A DNA stretch of 64,000 nt, from NCBI GenBank assembly GCA_036505875.1, contig DASXSR010000324.1:2225-66224 (forward strand), given 5' to 3'. Below, one piece after another: positions 55,371 through 64,000 of the stretch (position 1 is its first letter; each line of letters begins with the position of its first letter). The translations under genes were made by a program, and so were the position numbers. Source of the stretch: Blastocatellia bacterium (GTDB taxonomy: Bacteria > Acidobacteriota > Blastocatellia > UBA7656). Below the pieces are notes generated by a model that worked only from the letters and a program-made list of their open reading frames with translations, was not told the origin of the DNA and made no database searches.

Positions 55371-55452
55371 GTGATGCGTGATTCGTGATTCGTGATCTGA
55401 AACGTCACGCATCACGGATCACGCGTCACGAATCGCGAGTCATACGTCACGG
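55371..55452. repeat. Family A inverted repeat (copy A6)
   Basis: Left arm GTGATGC GTGATTC GTGATTC GTGATCT, loop GAAAC, right arm GTCACGC ATCACGG ATCACGC GTCACGA ATCGCGA GTCATAC GTCACGG. About 22 of 26 stem positions pair. It ends 4 nt before the ATG at 55457. Confidence 0.85.
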
Positions 55453-55456
55453 TTCG

Positions 55457-56293
55457 ATGAGCAAGCAAATCAGGGAACAAACTGTGGAGCAATCGTTGGC
55501 AGACACCTCTGCGATGGCCGAGCTTTTCGAAGCCATCGGATTCGAAGTCGCAGACGAGCGATCGTACAACGCGATTGTCGAGCAGGTCGAGTCAAACGGC
55601 GAGTGGACTCAGTTGCAGCGAGGGGAGACCGCTCTGCACGGAAGGTGCTGGCGGCTCGGAGACGGACTGGAAGTTTGGTCCTTACTCTACCAGCGCGACG
55701 CCGATTTTTATTATGCTGATTGCCGCCCCGCATTTCGCAGCCGGTACGTCCACAGAATTGAGCGGTGGGAGCTAGTCGAGTATGAAGAAGAAGGTGAAGC
55801 GACCGTGCGTGGCGTCGTTAGCGGGCCCACCGAGGTCGTTTTCGAACTTCAGAATCTGACCGAGCTCAAAGATGAAGCATTTCGCCAACCACAACTAAAC
55901 GTGGGCCTGGCAGGAATCACTTATACCGCGCGCGTGAACGCCGAGCTGTATTATCACTTTGAGTTGGCCGAGCGATTGGAGGGACTAGTCGACAACCTTT
56001 GTGAAAACGACTATGTGATCGGCGGGCGCGTAATGGCCTGGCGCGATATTCGCAACCCTGTCACGTCCGCGGAGCTCGTTTGGATCTATGTGGATGCCGG
56101 GGTGATTCGACTCGAAGTCCTGGCCAACCGCCAGGCACTGGATGGGCAGCTCAAGGTAGGCGCGGGGATTACCGCCAACATCTGGCTCCAGGGTCACCTC
56201 CTGGAGCATCGTGAGATATCCGCCCGGTACGAGGGCGTGGATAGAGACGTCGAACCTGCCGATTATTGGGCCGCGTTGCGCAAGGATAACTGA
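55457..56293 (+). CDS. Hypothetical 278-aa protein
   Basis: Start at ATG 55457; the track's upstream extension only translates hairpin A6. No motif recognised. Confidence 0.65.
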   Translation: MSKQIREQTVEQSLADTSAMAELFEAIGFEVADERSYNAIVEQVESNGEWTQLQRGETALHGRCWRLGDGLEVWSLLYQRDADFYYADCRPAFRSRYVHRIERWELVEYEEEGEATVRGVVSGPTEVVFELQNLTELKDEAFRQPQLNVGLAGITYTARVNAELYYHFELAERLEGLVDNLCENDYVIGGRVMAWRDIRNPVTSAELVWIYVDAGVIRLEVLANRQALDGQLKVGAGITANIWLQGHLLEHREISARYEGVDRDVEPADYWAALRKDN

Positions 56294-56521
56294 GCGATGT
56301 CGGCCGGTCATTGTGAATGAATCAACCCACCACGACGGCCCCACTTTGACTGTTGCGATCCGGCAAACCTTCATCTCCTCACAAAAGCTGCTGTTGTAAT
56401 TCCAACACTCAAAAGGACCTCGCGTCTTTTCTCGAGGCGGGCCGCCCGCGGCACATGCGTTGAGTAGTCAAGCTTTCGCGCTTCTCGTCGGGGATTGCCC
56501 CTGCGACATATCTCATTTCCC

Positions 56522-56547
56522 GTGGTGTTTAAATGTGGTGTTTAGAT
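56522..56547 (+). repeat. Tandem 13-nt direct repeat immediately upstream of the HD-GYP/GGDEF gene
   Basis: GTGGTGTTTAAAT followed by GTGGTGTTTAGAT (12 of 13 identical), ending 5 nt before the ATG at 56553. Confidence 0.8.
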
Positions 56548-56552
56548 AAGGC

Positions 56553-59009
56553 ATGAAGGGCGCGAGCAATCTGAAAACGAAGTCGTTCACCCTCATCGTT
56601 GCGACGGTGGGAAGCCTAGCCGTGATGTATTCGATTTACCGGCTGTGGTCGGAGCCAGTACGGCTCGACTGGATGTTGGTGCTCATGCTCACAATGTTGC
56701 TGAGCTTAAGGGCCGAAGTCTGGATTCCCGGCGTGCGCAGCAAGATCACCCTGAGCGACATGTTCATCTGCATCGCGATGCTAATGCTCGGACCCTGGGC
56801 GGCGACGGCTCTGGCGTCGATGGACGGGCTCGCACGATCGTTGCGGGGCAGCAAGAGCAGACCCGGGACGACTGCCTTTATTAACATGGGAGCGATGAAC
56901 GTCTCGGTGCTTGCGGCCGCTGCTCTCGCGACCAGGCTCTTCGGGCCGCTGGATCGTCTTCTACAGGGACGCGATCGACTCAACGAGTTGGCGTTGGCCG
57001 TCGGGATTATCACGCTGGTGAATTACCTGGTCAACAGCGGAATCGCTGCGGCCGCAGTCGCGTTGTACCGAGGTCGAAATGTGATCAAGACTTGGACTGA
57101 AGATTATCTTTGGACCTCGCCGGCTTTCTTCGTGGGGGCATTAGCGGCTGGTGTAGTTTCCAAGGCGATAACAATCCTCGGCTTCTATTTGTTCTTAATT
57201 TCGCTACCCATTCTGCTGTTGATCTACGCGGCGTACAGAGTCTTCCTGGGCAGAGTCGAAAAGTCCAACAAGCGCATCGAGGGGTTGAGCAAGCTGCACT
57301 TGTCGACCGTCGAGTCCCTGAGCATGGCGATCGACGCGAAGGATGACCACTCGCTTGGTCACATCCAACGCGTGCGAGTGCTGGCCGAAGGGTTGGGGCG
57401 CGCGGTCGGCTATCCCGAAGACCAGATGGAGGGCCTGAAGGCGGCCGCCTTGCTTCACGATATCGGCAAGCTGGCGGTCCCCGAATACATTTTGAGCAAG
57501 CCGGGCAAGCTCAGCGCCGCTGAGTTCGCGAAAGTAATGATCCACCCAGTCGTCGCCGCTGATATTCTGAGCAGCATTGAGTTCCCTTACGAGGTGGTGC
57601 CAATAGTCAAACACCATCACGAAAAGTGGGACGGCACCGGATACCCGAGCGGTCTGAGAGGCGAAGAGATTCCGCTGGGCGCGCGAATTCTCACGATTGT
57701 GGATTGCTACGACGCGCTCACCACGAATCGGTCGCACCGGCCACGCTATGCGCGCGAGCAAGCTCTCGAGCTGATGCGTGAAGAAACCGGGCGGACCTTC
57801 GACCCGGCCTTGATAGGGGCTTTTCTCGAATCAATTGATTCGCTCGAAGTCGCTTTGCCGGTGCTCAGCCCGAGGCCCGCCTCGTTAATCGGGCTTCAGC
57901 CCTTAGCTGCTGATCGCGCTTTAGGGCACAGCTTCGGACCTCCGCCTAGAACTCCAACGGAAAAAGCCCTTCGCGACATCGCCGCCGCCCAACGTGAGGT
58001 CCTCTCCTTATACGAAATCTCGCAAACGCTGGGCTCGACTTTGAAGCTTTCCGAAGTTTTGCCAATCGTGGCCGCAAAACTCGAGCACATCGCCAACTTC
58101 ACCACTGTGATGATACATCTGGCCCATGGAGACCGCTTGCGCGCCGCCTATGTGATGGGCAAGCACGCCGATGCGCTTAAGGGTCTGGAGATCATCATCG
58201 GCAAGGGCGGCCCAGGTTGGGTCGCTGAGCATCGGCAGGTCCTGATCGGCGGCAGCGCGGTGCCGGATCTCCAGGGCGCGCTAGGACTGGCCGCTGCGGC
58301 TTACCGTTCGACTGCGATATTCCCGCTCGCGCATTCCGACTCGCTCATCGGAACGCTTGCTCTCTACTGCGAAGAAGACCGTGGTTACTCGTCGGATGAA
58401 GTGAGGTTGCTGGAAACCATCTCGCGTCATGCGGCCGCTGCCATTCACAACGCGCTGACCTTCGAGCGGACTCAGGAGTCGGCGCTCACCGACAACCTTA
58501 CCGGTCTGCCAAACTCGCGTTACATGTATAGCTTCTTCGATCAGGAACGCAGCAGGTCCGAGCGTCACGGATACCCGCTGGTCCTGATGATGATGGATCT
58601 GGACGGCTTCAAGAAGGTCAACGACACCTACGGCCATCACGTTGGGGACGAGATTCTGCGACGCGTATCACAAGCCGCTCGCGCGCAAGTCCGAGGCGGT
58701 GACACGCTGATCAGATACGCCGGAGATGAATTCGTCGTCGTGCTGCACCGCGTGACGCCGGATATGGTGATTGACATGAAGGATCGGATGCAGTCTGTAG
58801 TAGGCAATCTGGCTTACGAGGTGAGACCAGGCCGCGTCGCGCGAGTCGGCGTGTCAATCGGGCACGCGACGTATGGAGTTGACGGCACCGCCATTGATGA
58901 GTTGATGGAGGTGGCCGATCAGCGCATGTATCAAGACAAGATCGCGCGCCGTCGAAACGCGACGTCCTTGCGGGTCGCGACTTTTCCCGCGCGCTCGATG
59001 GCAATTTGA
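56553..59009 (+). CDS. Multi-pass membrane HD-GYP, GAF and GGDEF signalling protein
   Basis: About 230 aa of TM helices. HD-GYP domain (HSLGHIQRV...LLHDIGKLAVP...HHEKWDGTGYPSGL). A GAF-like region. GGDEF domain (DLDGFKKVNDTYGHHVGD...RYAGDEFVVVL). Confidence 0.88.
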   Translation: MKGASNLKTKSFTLIVATVGSLAVMYSIYRLWSEPVRLDWMLVLMLTMLLSLRAEVWIPGVRSKITLSDMFICIAMLMLGPWAATALASMDGLARSLRGSKSRPGTTAFINMGAMNVSVLAAAALATRLFGPLDRLLQGRDRLNELALAVGIITLVNYLVNSGIAAAAVALYRGRNVIKTWTEDYLWTSPAFFVGALAAGVVSKAITILGFYLFLISLPILLLIYAAYRVFLGRVEKSNKRIEGLSKLHLSTVESLSMAIDAKDDHSLGHIQRVRVLAEGLGRAVGYPEDQMEGLKAAALLHDIGKLAVPEYILSKPGKLSAAEFAKVMIHPVVAADILSSIEFPYEVVPIVKHHHEKWDGTGYPSGLRGEEIPLGARILTIVDCYDALTTNRSHRPRYAREQALELMREETGRTFDPALIGAFLESIDSLEVALPVLSPRPASLIGLQPLAADRALGHSFGPPPRTPTEKALRDIAAAQREVLSLYEISQTLGSTLKLSEVLPIVAAKLEHIANFTTVMIHLAHGDRLRAAYVMGKHADALKGLEIIIGKGGPGWVAEHRQVLIGGSAVPDLQGALGLAAAAYRSTAIFPLAHSDSLIGTLALYCEEDRGYSSDEVRLLETISRHAAAAIHNALTFERTQESALTDNLTGLPNSRYMYSFFDQERSRSERHGYPLVLMMMDLDGFKKVNDTYGHHVGDEILRRVSQAARAQVRGGDTLIRYAGDEFVVVLHRVTPDMVIDMKDRMQSVVGNLAYEVRPGRVARVGVSIGHATYGVDGTAIDELMEVADQRMYQDKIARRRNATSLRVATFPARSMAI

Positions 59010-59020
59010 ACGAGAACACT

Positions 59021-59311
59021 ATGACTGCGCTGGCAAAACAGAGCCAACCGACCGGGGCAAAGATGAGAATGCTGGAACAAATGGCCGAGGCTCTCGACGA
59101 GGAAGTCGCAGGACTCTTTCGACGCGCTGCGACGTTTGAAGAAGAGGAATTTCTGCTCAACTGCGAAATCGAGGAGCGGCAGACCGAGATCAACCGACTG
59201 CTGTTGAAGCTGGAATCAATGCGCGCCCATCGCGAGCGGGTGATGGAGAGAATCGAATCCATCTCGCGCGAGGCCCAAGCGATAAGGGAAAGTCTTCAAC
59301 AAACTTCTTGA
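59021..59311 (+). CDS. Small coiled-coil protein
   Basis: 96 aa from ATG 59021; TTG 59006 is also possible and overlaps the upstream stop. Heptad-rich, Glu/Arg/Leu composition. Confidence 0.5.
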   Translation: MTALAKQSQPTGAKMRMLEQMAEALDEEVAGLFRRAATFEEEEFLLNCEIEERQTEINRLLLKLESMRAHRERVMERIESISREAQAIRESLQQTS

Positions 59312-59486
59312 CGGCCCGAATCGACTCCTGCGGGGATCACCCACCAATGCTTCTTAACGTGGCGCCGCGTTGGCTCACGAAGTCAGGATTCTGAAAATGG
59401 GACTGCAATCGATCTTTACAATAGGTGTGGTTTTCCGTGTCTGAGTCAATTCAGCGCGGGGATAATTTCGGCAGCAAAGGTTTGCA

Positions 59487-59708
59487 ATGGCTTCGTGGCA
59501 AGGTCCCGACAGGCGCAGCGGCCAAGAGCGCCGGCGAGGAGAGCGACGTCGCTCGATTCGCTACACCGCCGACACCCTGGTAATCATTGGCGGCGTAACC
59601 TGGATCGACAACGAAGGGACAGACCGCCGGCGAAAAGTCCGCCGCAAAGATGACCGCGAGCGCGTCGCAAGAACGATCCTCGATCATCCCTGGTTCAACG
59701 AGAGTTAA
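59487..59708 (+). CDS. Small Arg-rich protein (hypothetical)
   Basis: 73 aa with GC-rich third codon positions. DRRSGQERRRGERRR and DRRRKVRRKDDRER tracts. The competing antisense ORF 59451..59819 looks less protein-like. Confidence 0.4.
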   Translation: MASWQGPDRRSGQERRRGERRRSIRYTADTLVIIGGVTWIDNEGTDRRRKVRRKDDRERVARTILDHPWFNES

Positions 59709-59839
59709 CCGCCCAACCCTCTTGCCCCTGGAGCGCACGTACAGCGCCGCACACGTCACAAGTTTCCAGCCCATAGCGCTTTCACCGAAGAGCTTGCCGT
59801 GGTAAATTCCCTTTCTCACGCAAGTCTCAACTGAATGAT

Positions 59840-61866
<2,027 letters not shown>

Positions 61867-61870
<4 letters not shown>

Positions 61871-63237
61871 GCGAGCATCAAGCTTCAGCCGTTCAGGAAG
61901 GCGCGCAATTGGCGCGCCGGCTTGGATTGTTCGATGCGACGATGATTGTGATGGGCGGAATCATCGGCTCGGGCATCTTCATCAATCCTTACGTCGTTGC
62001 TCGGCAGGTTCACACGCCTTTGTTAATCCTTGGCGCGTGGGCCGCAGGCGGTTTGATCGCGCTGGCAGGCGCGTTCATTTACGCCGAGCTGGCAGCGTTG
62101 CGTCCACAGGTTGGTGGACAGTACGCGTACATTCGCGAAGCATTTCACCCGGTTGTCGCGTTCAGCTACGGGTGGACGCTGTTGTTGGTCGTTCAAAGCG
62201 GTGGAATGGCGGCAGTGGCTATAACCTTCGCGCGTTATTTCATCGCTCTCTCTCAAATTGGAACGAGCGACTGGCTCGTTGCCGCGGTTGCTCTCGCAGT
62301 CCTGACCGTTGTCAACTGTTTCGGCGTGAGAGCAGGAAGCAGCGTCCAGAGCGTATTGATGGTGCTGAAGGTTCTGGCAATCGCAGTGCTGATCGTCGCA
62401 GGGTTGTGGTGGTCCGGGCGCCATCCATCGATCAACGCGCAAACACAGCCGGCTCAACCGATGTCCGACATCTGGTCTGCGATTACCGCGTTTGGAGCGG
62501 CAATGGTGCCGGTGCTGTTCGCATACGGTGGATGGCAAACCGCGAGCTTCGTCGCGGGCGAAATGCGAGAGCCCAGAAAGAATCTGCCGCGGGGTTTATT
62601 GCTGGGCGTCGTCGGAGTGATTGTGCTTTATCTCGCAGTCAACTTTGTTTACGTCAGGGCGCTCGGAGTTGAGGGACTTGCTGCGACCACGACTCCGGCT
62701 TCTGAAGTGATGCGGCTGGTCCTCGGCGAGAAGGGCAGAACAATGATCGCGGTTGGGATCGCAATCTCGACGCTCGGTTTCTTGAGTCAGGGAATGCTCA
62801 CCGCGCCGCGAGTTTATTTTGCTATGGCTGACGACGGTTCGTTCTTCAAGCAAGTCGCGTGGCTTCATCCGCGCACTCGAGTCCCGGTCGTGGCGATCGG
62901 ATTGCAAGGCGCGCTTGCAATCGTGATCGCGCTTTCGGGCAAGTACGAGCAAATACTCGACTACGTCGTTTCAGTTGATTCAATTTTCTTCGGGCTCACC
63001 GCAGCGTGCTTGTTCGCCCTTCGGAAATCTGGGAGCGCACGCATCCTGCCTGCCGACTCAGGCGCTCCCGGGCTGAAGGTCAACTCACTGGTGATCGTGT
63101 TGTTTATCGCGGCGGAGTGGCTCGTGGCCGCGAGCGCGATCCATAAAGATCCGGACAACAGCCTTATCGGCCTGGCGATTCTGCTCGCCGGGATTCCCGT
63201 ATATTTCTTCTGGCGGAGGAGGCGCGAGCGTGGTTGA
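61867..63237 (+). CDS. APC-superfamily amino acid permease
   Basis: The ATG at 61867 overlaps the kinase stop (ATGA). Twelve TM-like segments. IGSGIFINP motif. Confidence 0.85.
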
Positions 63238-64000
63238 TAGGAGGCGCGCTACAGGCTCCGACTACATCGAGTGGGCGAAGACGCGCTCGCAAGCAAGATT
63301 CAACCTGGCAACCAGCGGTGTTCTTCATTACCCCATTGCTGAACTCCCCGTGGCCATCGACGACATCGAGCTGAGCGGACCGAGCTGGTACGGGTACGAG
63401 CCGCTTCAGCAGGCGCTTGCTGCCAAGTGCGGCGTGTCAAGGGAGAACGTCGTGGCCGCGATTGGGACGTCGATGGCGAATCATCTCGCGATGGCTGCGA
63501 TACTCGAAGCTGGCGATGAGGCGTTGATCGAGCACCCAGCCTACGATCCTATAGTTTCGACGGCAAGCTACCTTGGCGCGACCGTTAAGCGATTCGAGCG
63601 GCGTTTCGAGGAGGACTTTCGCATTGACCTCGACGAAGTCGAGCGCGCAGTAACAGATCGCACGCGGCTGATCGCGATAACTAACCTGCACAATCCAAGC
63701 AGCGCGCTTGTCGACGACGCAACGCTGCGACAGCTTGGAGAGATTGCCCGTCGCGTGGGAGCGCGGGTGCTGGTTGACGAAGTCTATCTTGAAGCGTTGT
63801 TCGATCGGGCCCCTTCCTCGGCCTTTCATCTTGGAAATGAATTCGTCATCACGAGCAGTCTCACGAAAGCTTACGGTCTGAGCGGGCTGCGATGCGGATG
63901 GGTGCTCGCCGAAGCGGAGCTTGCCGAGAGGATGTGGCGGCTGAACGATTTGTTCGGCAACATCCCGGCTCATCCAGCCGAGCGGCTGAGCGTAATCGCG
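63230..64000 (+). CDS. Class I/II pyridoxal-phosphate aminotransferase (3' end off window)
   Basis: Not in the ORF track because no stop lies in the window. GTG 63230 has GGAGGAGG 7 nt upstream. Reads ...GTSMANHLAMAAILEAGDEALIEHPAYDP...ITNLHNPSS...VDEVYLE...SSLTKAYGLSGLRCGW (PLP-Lys motif). Confidence 0.75.
   Translation, partial: MVDRRRATGSDYIEWAKTRSQARFNLATSGVLHYPIAELPVAIDDIELSGPSWYGYEPLQQALAAKCGVSRENVVAAIGTSMANHLAMAAILEAGDEALIEHPAYDPIVSTASYLGATVKRFERRFEEDFRIDLDEVERAVTDRTRLIAITNLHNPSSALVDDATLRQLGEIARRVGARVLVDEVYLEALFDRAPSSAFHLGNEFVITSSLTKAYGLSGLRCGWVLAEAELAERMWRLNDLFGNIPAHPAERLSVIA

Noticed and set aside
54333-55415. 360-aa ORF antisense to htrA-2; similar cases at 47403..47966 (antisense to htrA-1) and 63437..63973 (antisense to the aminotransferase).
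   Set aside because: The sense frames carry complete catalytic motifs, and the antisense frames are low-complexity.

Overview
Densely coding, moderately GC-rich chromosomal window with genes on both strands. The gene content looks Acidobacteriota-like: three carboxypeptidase-regulatory-domain TonB-dependent ('Oar-like') receptors, a CadC-like wHTH-TPR regulator and an ECF sigma module. That taxonomic guess is inference only. All product calls come from motifs read by eye in the supplied translations; no searches were run.

Content from left to right:
- gatC (partial, missed by the ORF track), TBDR-1, a gmhA pair, a class A beta-lactamase-like hydrolase, and an OMP operon.
- A wHTH-TPR regulator, an M20 peptidase, a MocA-like transferase, yeaQ, and a GspG-like/TPR/CAP cluster.
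- The housekeeping block ispE, tRNA-Gln(UUG), prs, rplY, pth, rpsF, rpsR, rplI, dnaB, mutM.
- Envelope genes: lpxA, a GT-C glycosyltransferase, a DUF374 acyltransferase, an OMP and an IPT/NHL protein.
- A minus-strand cluster of ECF sigma, anti-sigma, Spy/CpxP-like protein, TBDR-2 and an EF-hand protein.
- SpoIID, TBDR-3, an LLM oxidoreductase, a VOC protein and a D-aminoacylase.
- A protease-rich stretch: two HtrA proteases, a TPR protein with two retropepsin domains, an S1 protease operon, plus CarD, an Ogg2-type glycosylase and a PIN module.
- A 7TM-HD-GYP-GAF-GGDEF protein, a Ser/Thr kinase, an APC permease and an aminotransferase (partial).

I recognised no rRNA, CRISPR array, transposase, integrase or phage gene.

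The most unusual signal is at the DNA level. Three sequence-distinct families of long inverted repeats are built from tandem 7-nt units: GTGATNC, GTCCGTA and YTCAAAT types. They occupy nearly every intercistronic junction of the prs-to-mutM block and several junctions around 48.9-55.5 kb. They often begin at the stop codon and end within 0-12 nt of the next start codon.

I could not establish a clearly novel multi-gene system. The best gene-level candidates are the S1-protease/small-ORF operon with its divergent PIN module, and the ECF/Spy/TBDR/EF-hand cluster.
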